Of a stretch of 64,000 nucleotides of DNA, positions 24,257 to 36,640 are shown in pieces. This DNA is from Haliotis cracherodii (lineage: Eukaryota), in assembly GCF_022045235.1 (NCBI RefSeq), contig NW_027266275.1, positions 18,042,001 to 18,106,000 of the forward strand, given 5' to 3'. The notes beneath the pieces are model-generated. The model was not told the DNA's origin, did not search any database, and saw only the letters and a list, made by a program, of their open reading frames with translations. A program made the translations under genes and the position numbers. Position 1 is the first letter of the stretch, and every line of letters starts with the position of its first letter.

Positions 24257-24457
24257 AAGATAAGATAGACATAATTTTATGGATAACAACTTCTTTAATA
24301 CTGTGAAAAGCGACCTTTCAGTATAGATCCTTATACCATTGTCAAGCAAGACTGACAGCAAAACGTCGCTTTTCACAGTATTAAAGAAGTTGTTATCCAT
24401 AAAATTGTGTCTATCTTGTCATCCGTCAACTTCTAAGTAATGCCTATCAAACAATTT
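24257..24457. mobile_element. Hairpin MITE-like insertion in a SINE head
   Basis: 53-bp IR (24262-24314 / 24365-24417, one mismatch) and 12-bp direct repeat cgcctccgtggt (24245-24256 / 24458-24469). Confidence 0.8.
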
Positions 24458-24620
24458 CGCCTCCGTGGTCTAGTTGATAGAACGTCTGCCCGGAAAGCGG
24501 AAGGTCGGGGATTTTGAACCCCGGCCGCGTCATGCCAAAATACGTTAAAGGATGGTACTTGTTGTTACCATGTCTGACGCTCGGCATTAAGGGTTAAACA
24601 AGGAATGGTCGACTCGGAGT
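24458..24620 (+). mobile_element. tRNA-derived SINE family D (Meta-SINE-like), 5' part; 3' part resumes at ~26190-26330
   Basis: Matches the more complete copy at 56160-56495. Other copies at ~54168-54398 (-) and ~61085-61220 (-). Confidence 0.75.
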
Positions 24621-26185
24621 CTAATCTTTATTTCACATACTGAAGAGGCCACAGGCCTATAGTACAATTTGAAGAATATACAGTTTTATACAATTTATGT
24701 ACATATCTCATCAGATCACCTCACGTCATTCCACCTCGCATTTCAACGCAGTCACATAATTTCACACATACAGTACAATACCATACCCTGTAATTTCATA
24801 ATTTCTATATTACCATATCACAACTTGTTATATCATACAACATATTCTATAACATCATATCATATTGTATCATTATTATAAGATCATACTATATAGTATT
24901 ATTTCATATAACATTATCATAACATACTATACATACCATCGTACCATATATCACAACTATATTGTATCACATTTCAACATGTCATATCACACAACACATA
25001 AGCAATGTCAAAGCTTGTCCCATCATATCTTATCATATCATACCATATAATGCCATGTCATTCCATGCCAATTTATTTCACATCAATCAATCAATATTTA
25101 CTCAACACTGGAAGAGCGCAAGCCATATAATATGTACATTAAAAAACAGTATTCACACAATTTCTATAATACACATTATATATTGCATCATATCCCCTCA
25201 TGTATCATATCACACCACAACACTTCATATCATATCACATCATGTCATGTCACATCATATCATTTCATATAACTATACTTAACCATTTGTAATATCACGT
25301 CCCACAATATCATATGACAGCCTAGTAGTTTAATACCATTTCTAACTCTTTTGTTTGTAGTTTATTCAGATGGCAAATATCTATAAATATGTACTTAATG
25401 TATATACACAATAGTTTCCTAATACCGAGCAGCTAAGATTATTCTTTCATAAGGTTCTGTCGGTATAAAGAGGCATAATATATGTACATGGAAACATTTT
25501 GTAAGATACTTCTTTTTGTGTTTGACAGCAATGTAACAAATTTAATAATATTAGGGTACCTGTAATAATAAGCTTGCAGGTATTTTTCTCTAAGGTGTAA
25601 ATACACAGGACATACAAGTAAAAAATGAAATTCATCTTCTACTGAGTTTAAACTACATAGATAACAGATTCTTTCTTCACGAGGAATGTTTACATAGCGC
25701 CCTGTTTCTATTAAAAGGTCGTGAGAAGAACATGTAAAACGTGAAAGAGCCGTTCGAAATTTTTTAACATTAACGTTTGATAAATAATCTTCCATAATTA
25801 TTTCTGATTTAAACATTTTGTAATAAAAGCATTTGTTTGTTAGAGTTAATGATGCAGTCCAAGATTGTAAATAAATATCCTTTAATCTCTGGGTTAATGA
25901 AAGTATAAACATTGATTTGGAATACACATTTTGGTTTTGCCAAATATCACCGAAGCCACAACTGAAAAGTAATTCTCTAACAACTGTAACCCAGTTTCTT
26001 TTCCCATTATTATCATAAACTATCATCATATTATAACACTCTTTTTTGGCAATCTATATGAGGGCATGTCAATAAGTCTCAGCCAGTATTTAATAACTTT
26101 TATATTTGAATATACATAGAGAGGGAATCTTCCACATTCTCCATACACCACCGGAGTCAGTGTACTGTGTTTGTGTGGGATATCC
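24621..26185 (-). mobile_element. 5'-truncated RTE-X-like LINE (ORF2 C-terminus plus 3' UTR with expanded low-complexity tract)
   Basis: GECGRFPLY...IETGRY...RICYLC...EDEFHFLLVC. The 3' terminus (hairpin ggcctgtggcc, aataaa, gatta) resembles that of the 46620 copy. Clade assignment is tentative. Confidence 0.82.
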
Positions 26186-26334
26186 TTTTTAAATTGCGGC
26201 ATGGTATCTCTGTTGGCTGGCACTATAAAATCGGTATTAGTCCAGACTAGTACAAGCGGCAACACACACGTCGCTATATAACTACAACGATCTTGAACGC
26301 TACGCTAAACATCATTACACCTCACCCCACCCCA

Positions 26335-27020
26335 TCTACCTATGTTCAGATCCCCACCTATCACTCCACCTGTCGTCTGTGACTTAAAATGTTAACTCAC
26401 TCACTCACTCCACCTGTCGTCATCTCATCTACCCACGTTCAGATCTCCACATATCAGTCCACCTGTTGTCAATTCATCTACCCACGTTCAGATCCCCACC
26501 TATCACTCCACCTGCCTTCATCTCATCTACCCCAGTTCAGATCGCTATATCACTCCACCTGTCGTCATCTCATCTTCCAACATTCAGATCCCCACCTATC
26601 AATCCACCTGTCGTCAACTCATCTACCCACGTTCAGATCCCCACCTATCACTCCACCTGCCTTCATCTCATCTACCCCAGTTCAGATCGCTATATCACTC
26701 CACCTGTCGTCATCTCATCTACCCACGTTCAGATCGCTTCCTGTCACTCCACCTGTCGTCATCTCATCTACCCACGTTCAGGTCCCCACCTATCACTCAA
26801 CCTGTCGCCATCTCAACTACCCACGTTCAGATCGCTACATCACTCAACCTGCCTTCAGCTCATCTAAACATGTTCAGATCTCCCCATATCACTCCACCTG
26901 TCACCAACTCATCTACCCACGTTTAGATCCTCACCTATCACTCCATCTGTCGTCATTATCATCTACCCACGTTCAGATCTCCACCTATCACTCCACCCAT
27001 CATTAACTCATCTACCCATG
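26335..27020. repeat. Minisatellite, ~48-49-bp unit (cactccacctgtcgtcatctcatctacccacgttcagatccccacctat)
   Basis: About 13 tandem units visible. Confidence 0.92.
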
Positions 27021-29159
27021 TTTGATCTCAGTTAAGGCAAAGGTATGTATGCATGTAAGGCCTCGAGCCTATATACAAACGAGTTACATGTAAGCAGTTT
27101 TACATATTCAGATACATCCTAATATGTAACAATTCGCTTCTGAGAGAAATTGCATTTTTGACTTATATAGCCAGTTTTAAAATGACAGCATCATCTTTTG
27201 AAGAGAGAAGAGAACTAAAAGCAGGCACAAGATAATTTGACAGATAGCGTTCATGTGTTTACTTGTTTCTTAGATCACAATGATAAGGACATACAAAAGC
27301 AAAATGAGTTTCATTTTCTATAGTTGAATGACATAATGGAAATAAACCTCTTCGATTTATCAGTGTACATTTTCTTCCTTTATTTATCATAAGATTTAAC
27401 AATCCAAGCCTAAGTTCGATACAAGTCATACCCCGAACTGTTGAACCCTGAGTGGAATGTCATGGCCCTGGTAAGACATTTATAGATTGTTCACGAATTT
27501 GCTTCAAAAAGAGTTTAACATCACCAACTGTTTGGTTTAACCATGAGAAGCCGTAGTCATGAGAAAACAAAAGGTTTCTGATACGTTATGCTTATGTTAC
27601 TTTGCCCATGACATCTAAATGTACAAGCAAATTATAAGCCTTTCATACAACCTGCCGTCAGCTTATCTCCGTTTGTTCAGATCTCCAACTTTTTCTCGTA
27701 TCGAGCTTTTGGCAAAAACCGATACCAGAAACACCAACTTATCAACCTAGATCCGTTCTGCCGTTACTGCACCTACCGGTAATTAAAAAAGGTTGGATTC
27801 ATTAAGCGTGTAAGTACAGCATTTAACTTAATGTTCGTGTAGAACTTTGTTGCTTTGTGGTTACTTATGTGTAATTTTATCTTAGCGAATACAGTGTTGA
27901 TGGGGGTGATGGGACTTTCAACGGCCCATATATTGAGAGCCACAGAAGGTTCTGAGTCTCAGAAACACACTGTTGACACACGTCCGCACGTTTACCCACA
28001 TGCATGGAACACACACCCTGGGCACATTATGGCACTGCCATTCTTATCACAGAGCAGATAAAAAGGGGCTTCGGTGCCAAGTCATTGTTTGTTAATGAGG
28101 CCTTCATTACTGGTATTAAATTATCCAAAAATGAGATGGTTCCCCTAAAATCGATGTAATTCACCCGGAACAATGACTACAATTCTGACACTTCTGACAC
28201 TACAGCTGTCACATAGGTTGAGATAATGATGGTGTGTTCATGTTATTCCACTTATTGACGTTATGTAGTTCACATATAATCAGTCCAATCTTGACTTGAC
28301 AAGATGTTCCGTTTTGTCAATGTCTAATTCCTTTGGAGAATTGATTTCTTGTTACCGTATGTGAATGTTATGTGAACAAGAAATAAACAAATGTGTAATG
28401 AATCTTGCAGCGGGAAAACTCAGTGAATGTAACTCTCTGGGGTGGAAATGATGGTAGACAACACCCTGTTTGTCTCCGGTCTTTTGTGCCCTGTTTTAGA
28501 AAATTAATCTCATGGAAATAGTTTGTTAACGTTTTATTTGAATTGATAAACAAACCTTATTATTAATGAATAGATATGCATTTATATGTTATATGTTACC
28601 TCCATATATGAATTGAATCTCGTTATTAAAACATAAATAAATAATTTATAGTGAAATCCTTGAAATAACAGTGGTATTTTCCACGTCCTTCCAGGGCGAA
28701 TAGGTAAAATAGCTTGTAGGGTTGGAAGGTGTTTCAAGTGGAATAAGGAATAATTCTTCTTAGTGTTCTAGATCCTCATATATCTGCTTAATAAGATGAG
28801 TCGGAAGAAGTGGATGGAAAGAAGTGCCGTGAAAATAATATGTTTTCCCTGTGGATAATGCGTGCAGCCCACATCGTCTTTACAAAATATCATTTCATGC
28901 TCCCTGTATCACGGACTTGTATAGGTCTTCAGCAACCCATGCTTGCCGTAAAAGGCGACTATACTTGTCGTAAGGGGCGACTACCGGGATCTGGTGGTCA
29001 GGCTAGCTGACTTGGTTGATGCATGTCATCGATCCCAATTGCTCATGATGTCAATCACTGGATTGTCTGGTCCAGACTCAATCATCTACAGACCGCCGTC
29101 ATATAGCTGGAATATTGCGGCGTTAAACACCAAACCAAAAAAATCAAAAAACAAAAACA

Positions 29160-32100
29160 ACACGTCCCATTTTAATTCTGGAAACCCAAAAGTCCAGAAA
29201 CTCTACGGTCTTTTCCAAGTCTCGGTCAAAGGTATTTACAAAAATAAGCATGCTGTTTTCATGGGAACATACTAAGGAAGAAAAAATGAAAAAAAAAGAA
29301 GTTCAAAAACTCAATATTTACACCATCTCGCCCATGGGCCTGCCCTTTACTCAAAACTCATGTTTTTGTTTCGCAAATATTTAACTTGTATTCCATCAAG
29401 TATCATACACAAAATTGAACCTATTTTAACTTAATTCAACGATTTTATAGCGATATTGAAATAGTTCGCCCATGGGTGAGAAAAAGGTTTGGCCCATGGG
29501 CGAGAATATTTTCCTTTACACAAAACTTATGTGTTTGTTTCGCAAATATATTTTAATGCATTCCTTCACGTGTCATGACATAAACTTTAACTCATTTTAA
29601 CTTAATTCAACGATTTTATAGCGATATTGAAATATCTCGCCCATGGGTGAGAAAAAGGCTTGGCCCATGGGCGAGAATATTTTCCTTTGCTCAACAGTTT
29701 TAGTTTCGCAAATACATTAAGGGATTATAAGCATGACACATGATTCTACTCATTTTAACTTAATTGAACTAATTTTTGGCGTTATTAAATATTTCGCCCA
29801 TGTTTTCGTCAGTCCCTTTAAAGAATTAACTAATTGTTTACAAAGTATATTGTATCATGTGAAACACACTTTGTATTTATCATTACATTACTATTCTAAA
29901 AAGGCCTTTGGTTGGATGTTTCCTTTGCAGAAGTTTTACAAATTTCACCTTTTTTACATATTGCAACGATCTTTAATGAACCTGGCCTTATCTCTCAAAA
30001 CGTTTTGACAGTTTATCATACAACTTCACGCGCGTGTACACCAATTTATTGGCGTTATTTTTCAACGAATTAAAGTTTAGTTTGTTTCTTTTTCACTTCC
30101 CATTTTATGTCTCGTTAATACATCACACTGGGAAATTAAGTACAGGTGATTATACAATACCTGCTCTCGGTCAATTACGATCTACCACACCACGCGCGAA
30201 TAAACAGTTATGCAGGTGTTGCTGTGGGAAAGTACCTAGCCTGTATATGTATATTTTTTTGTGGATACATGTATTACGTATTTTCGTTGATATGTGGATA
30301 TATTAAGCACAAAGACCAAAAAAAGTTTATGAAAGATGAATTAGTGCCTTGATATATTCAACGAGATGTGTATCATCGTTTGATGGGCCATTCAATAAAA
30401 GTATGTTTGGAGGAGATATCAGAGGAGCCGCCCAATATACACAGTGTCGTCCGGTGAACTACCACCCCACCCTGTCCGTAAGAGTTATGTAATCGATACA
30501 CAAATATATTTGATGCGGTGTCAGTGTGGAAGGAGTTTGAATTACGTCCGCCTCTGGCCACAGAGGTAATTCTCAAAGTGTAGTAACAATCATCAAGGTC
30601 ATCAATGCCGTACTAATTACCTAGTAACGCACGTAACAACGACTGTCAATCTGTCTGCTACAGCTACCATACCATCATCCCTGTCACAACTAGCATATCA
30701 ACGGCTTATTCAAAATATTAATTGTACAAACGTCGTTGAGAGACTAACGTATGTCGTATACAGTCCTCATATTTGATAAAAAAAATAGTAAAAACGTCAA
30801 CTGGGAATTCAACTGGATGTTACAATATCTTATATCAGCTAACAGCCCTGTTTGTGAAAACATGTACTAGACATAAGATTTATAGACTAATAAAATCAGT
30901 TGTAAGACTGCATAGACCATAAAACCGAATTAAATATGTCTTGGTATCATCGCTTGTGTATTAGATGATGGTAATGACCTGAAATGTTTTAACGTTAGAT
31001 TAGGAAGAAGAGACATTAAAGTGTTTTATAATACTTGGGAACATGAGCAATAAGATGTAGCAACATAAACATGCATGGAATGGAATAGATAAAATGGTGA
31101 AAACAAATTGAAATAGATTTTAATAAAACATTATTGTAATAAATAACTTGCAAAAGCGGTGCCCAAAATTGTTTGACCGTGTTTTGTGCTTTGTAGACTG
31201 ACAAATTCAGATATACAACCGGTATAAAACTGAGAACTGAGATGCCAAGTATCACCTGCATTCACACATGGAAGCAAAATACTTGTATGTATGCCCTCTC
31301 CTCTGAAAAATGTATCACTAAAGTATTTGCATTGTAATAAATATAATAATGATAAATCTTGGTAAATTTGGTAGGTCTCCGACAGATTTGATTTTCAGTT
31401 ATTTTACACCTTTGATTGATACGGATTACGTAAATGTAGTCTGGTCACTGTCTCTAATGTATCTGCTTGGTTAGAAATTTCAAATGTCCTGATATAGCAC
31501 TGTTCCTAAACTAAGCCAGTTTCTTTTATCGGGTATAAATAGTTGATTTGTCTTGTCACGCAGTCATTTATACTTGATCGACTGATTTCCACGAAAGATT
31601 CCGGCAGAGAGTTCTGTATTTTTATTATATACATGTATTGTTAATTGTAGAAGATGCTTACATCACTGTATCTCAGAACGCAAAACTGATAACATTCAAA
31701 CATGTAATTAGTACACAGTTAATTGTTACATATAATTTCCTGCATAATCCTTTTTAAACAAAAAGCCTACATGTATACTGAAACCAGGGTGAGGGCCTAG
31801 TAAGGTAAACCGTGTCCACCAGACAATCTCAGGTGGCTAACGCCATATCTCCCACCAAATCAGCTCTATCATTTTTTTACATTTTAAATAAAAGGAATTA
31901 AAAAAATCATATTTAACAAACCTACACATTACCAAATACAAAACTTTATAATCCTTTCTAGACTTCGTTCCAATTAACCTGGATCATATAACTTGCTCGC
32001 GAATACGACTTTAAAGTGAATACATCTACAGTGTACAAGTAACTTTTAACTGTATCATATATACTCATGATAAGTAATTATTTTCGTTCCTAATTCGAAT

Positions 32101-35100
32101 GAGCACATTCTGGGGCTAAATCTGCAAAAGGACAGACAAAATATTTCTTTGTACAATGCAAACGATACAAACGTAGCGGCTGATAAAAGAGACAATGACT
32201 TAATAATCTGCAATGTATCATTTGTTCTCGTTTAATCTATTGTACATATTGAAGTGATTGTAAAGTTTCAAGGAGTACTTAAATGTTGTGGTATTATGAA
32301 TGAATTTAGAATATCAGTAGCGAAAAACAGTTAACATATGGGATGTACATGTATAACTTGTCTTCCAGCACCACGCTTGTGCCGAGGCCCATGGTCATAA
32401 AACTAATCGGTCCCATAAAAGGAGCAGCTAGTTTCGCAGATACTTGCTATAGTTCACTCCCAATTGTCAGACGACCTAATCATCAGACAGACCAGTCAAG
32501 TGTGACCAGTGTACCTGCCTGGTCTTACCTCCTAATTACTGAGCTGCCCAATACTGTCATACTGAGTGATAGAGATTAACCAGATTATGATTGTGTTTGT
32601 AAGTTGCGTTTGATATGTGTCGGGTTGCAGTTGTTTTATTAGGCAAGACCAGGGGTAATTTTTTCAATGAAACCTTTCAACCGTTGAGTTTGTTTTGCAT
32701 TCATGTCATTAAATGCATTGTTAGGTAGAATAATAACACGTTATATAGATTAAACATCTCCCTAACCTTAGTATAATATCACATGTACTCTAAGTACCGT
32801 ACTATATTACTTTGAGGAGACATTGAGTAGGCATTGTATGCTGTCGGAATGACTTTACGCAAATCCCTGCATCAATGGACCCGTGAAGATCCGGGTTAGA
32901 ACAGATCTTCAACAACCCATTCTTGCCGTAAAAGGGCGATAGCGCTTGTCGTAAGAGGCGACTAACGGGATCGGGTGGTCAGGTTTGCTCATATAGCTGA
33001 AATATTGCTAAGTGCGGCGTTAAACAACAAACCAACAAACAAAACTTTGAGGCATTCACAACAATCACTATGACGAGGTATGCATATCTTGCAATCAACC
33101 TGAATCCAGTTACTGGAATGTCAAACCCGGGCTTGGTTAAAACAAGAATTGCAGTTAGATCCGCTACATGTTGTAGATCTCCTGTAGTCAAGAGATGCAA
33201 TACCGAGGCAGCAATGTCAATTTATGAGGGACAGACGACTACTCCAACATATATAACATACACATAAATAGGTGTTTCGATGGTTTTCCTATTATTTTGT
33301 ACTAAAAATAGTCAGCCATTTTGTAACTTGTGATCTTAAAAAGCACATATAACGTTAAAATATGGTGTCCAACAAAATTGACAGTTCCTTGGCTGCTGGA
33401 ATAAGAAAGGATGATGGTACAATGTTTTTCTTAGATACTTTTATACATGTTTTAATGTACATACGATGTCTCATAAGCCTGTAGAGGCTGGGTGCAATAA
33501 TGATGATAATTGTTTATATTGTATATGTTATTTGCACGTGACATCTTAATAAAATATTTTCTCTCTCTATATATATATAAACAGAGCAGCCAAAGATAAA
33601 AATGAAATCATATCATGTACGAAATTAGAAATCATATCAAGACAAAAAGAGAAGGTGTATGAGTACTAAAACTTGCAATAGATATGTGTACCCTACGTAC
33701 ACACATGAGTCCCATTCGACAGTCTACAACACCCGAATAACTGTCAAACAAGTTTGGGTACCCCTTGCTGATATAAGGAAGGTAAGATCCAGTTCAATTC
33801 CCAGTTGACGTATTTACTTTTTTTAAATATCAAATATGAGGACTGTATACGACACACGTTAGTCTCTCAACGACGTTTGTACAATTAATATTTTGAATAA
33901 GCCGTTGATATGCTAGTTGTGACAGGGATGATGGTATGGTAGCTGTAGCAGACAGATTGACAGTCGTTGTTACGTGCGTCACTAGGTAAATAGTACGGCA
34001 TTGACCTTGATGATTGTTACTACACTTTGAGGATTACCTCTGTGGCCAGTGGCGGACGTAATTCAAACTCCTTCCACACTGACACCGCATCAAATATATT
34101 TGTGTACCGATTACATAACTCTTACGGACAGGGTGGGGTGGTAGTTCACCGGACGACACTGTGTATATTGGGCGGCTCCTCTGATATCTCCTCCAAACAT
34201 ACTTTTATTGAATGGCCCATCAAACGATGATACACATCTCGTTGAATATATCAAGGCACTAATTCATCTTTCATAATTTTTTTTTGGTCTTTGTGCTTAA
34301 TATATCCACATATCAACGAAAATACGTAATACATGTATCCACAAAACAATATACATATACAGGCTAGGTACTTTCCCACAGCAACACCTGCATAACTGTT
34401 TATTCGCGCGTGGTGTGGTAGATCGTAATTGAACGAGAGCAGGTATTGTAGAATCACCCGTAAATAATGCCGACACTGTTATTAGATACAACGTACTATG
34501 AATATGAGAATTATCATAAGAAGGCTGTTGTTTTTTTCTGAACTGTTACCATTTTCATACCAAAAGTGACAATGCATTTAAAAGTTGCTTTAGTGTCATA
34601 ATATTCACTCAATCGCCTGTAAAAATCGCACCGCATATAATGAAATAATTATTTCAAGATTTCGTTAGAATGTGAGATATTAGCTATTTCCCCCATTAAA
34701 TACGCGCACGTGTACCTGTATATTGCATATCTATTGTCACTTAATTTCCCAGTGTGATGTATTAACGAGACATAAAATGGGAAGTGAAATAGCAACACTA
34801 ATAGCAAACTAAACTTTAATTCGTTGAAAAATAACGCAAACGAATTCGTGTACACGCGCAGGAATTTGTATGATAAACTGTCAAAACGTTTTGAGAGATA
34901 AGGCCAGGTTCATTAAAGATCGTTGCAATATGTAAAAAAGGTGAAATTTGTAAAACTTCTGCAAAGGAAACATCCAACCAAAGGCCCTTTTAAAATAGTA
35001 ATGTAATGATAAATACAAAGTGTGTTTCACATGATACAATATACTTTGTAAACAATTAGTTAATTCTTTAAAGGGACTGACGAAAACATGGGCGAAATAT

Positions 35101-36640
35101 TTAATAACGCCAAAAATTAGTTCAATTAAGTTAAAATGAGTAGAATCATGTGTCATGCTTATAATCCCTTAATGTATTTGCGAAACTAAAACTGTTGAGC
35201 AAAGGAAAATATTCTCGCCCATGGACCAAACCTTTTTCTCGCCCATGGGCGAAATATTTCAATATCGCTATAAAATCGTTGAATTAAGTTAAAATGAGTT
35301 AAATTTTGTTTATGATACTTGAACGAATACAAGTTAAGTATTTGTGAAACAAAAACATGAGTTTTGTGTAAATGAAAATATTCTCGCCTATGGGCCAAGC
35401 CTTTTTTTCGCCCATGGGCGAACTATTTCAATATCGCTATAAAATCGTTGAATTAAGTTAAAATGAGATAAATTTTGTGTATGATACTTGAACGAATACA
35501 AGTTAAGTATTTGCGAAACAAAAACATGAGTTTTGAGTAAAGGAAAATATTCTCGCCCATGGGCGAAATATTTCAATATCGCTATAAAATCGTTGAATTA
35601 AGTTTGAATGAGTTAAATTTTGTGTCATGATACGTGAATGAATGCATTAAAATATATTTGCGAAACAAACACATAAGTTTTGTGTAAAGGAAAATATTCT
35701 CGCCCATGGGCCAAACCTTTTTCTCACCCATGGGCGAACTATTTCAATATCGCTATAAAATCGTTGAATTAAGTTAAAATGAGATAAATTTTGTGTATGA
35801 TACTTGATGGAATACAAGTTAAATATTTGTGAAACAAAAACATGAGTTTTGTGTAAAGGAAAATATTCTCGCCCATGGACCAAACCTTTTTCTCGCCCAT
35901 GGGCGAACTATTTCAATATCGCTCTAAAATCGTTGAATTAAGTTAAAATGAGATAAATTTTGTGTATGATACTTGAACGAATACAAGTTAATTATTTGCG
36001 AAACAAAAACATGAGTTTTGAGTAAAGGAAAATATTCTCGCCCATGGGCGAAATATTTCAATATCGCTATAAAATCGTTGAATTATGTTTGAATGAGTTA
36101 AATTTTGTGTCATGATACGTGAAGGAATGCATTAAAATATATTTGCGAAACAAACACATACGTTTTGTGTAATGGAAAATATTCTCGCCCATGGGCCAAA
36201 CCTTTTTCTCACCAATGGGCGAACTATTTCAATATCGCTATAAAATCGTTGAATTAAGTTAAAATGAGATAAATTTTGTGTATGATACTTGATGGAATAC
36301 AAGTTAAATATTTGCGAAACAAAACATGAGTTTTGTGTAAAGGAAAATATTCTCGCCCATGTGCCAAACCTTTTTCTCGCCCATGGGCGAAATATTTCAA
36401 TATCGCTATAAAATCGTTGAATTAAGTTAAAATGAGTTAAATTTTGTGTCATAGTACGTGAAGGAATGCATTAAAATATATTTGCGAAACAAACAAATAA
36501 TGTTTGTGTAATGGAAAATATTCTCGCCCATGTGCCAAACCTTTTTCTCGCCCATGGGCGAACTATTTCAATATCGCTATAAAATCGTTGAATTAAGTTA
36601 AAATGAGTTAAATTTTGTGTATGATACTTGATGGAATACA
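29160..36640. mobile_element. Large foldback-like inverted repeat: arm A 29160-30823, spacer 30824-33781, arm B 33782-36640
   Basis: Near-identical ORF-track peptides appear on opposite strands (29733+ / 35156-, 30576- / 34027+). Both arms carry ~168-bp tandem units with the palindrome tcgcccatgggcga. Confidence 0.85.
35190..36640. repeat. Satellite array, ~168-bp unit with ~145-bp variants, about 9 units
   Basis: aaaggaaaatattctcgcccatgg recurs, for example at 35686 and 35855. Confidence 0.92.

Noticed and set aside
26389-27006. 205-aa and 133-aa ORFs
   Set aside because: Translations of the 49-bp minisatellite.
30824-33781. Transposase or other gene in the foldback spacer
   Set aside because: No long ORF or convincing exons; only faint LINE-like peptides near 31000-31650 and a SINE.
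35190-36640. CRISPR-like array of palindromic repeats
   Set aside because: The 'spacers' are themselves repeated, the context is eukaryotic and there are no cas genes; it is a satellite.
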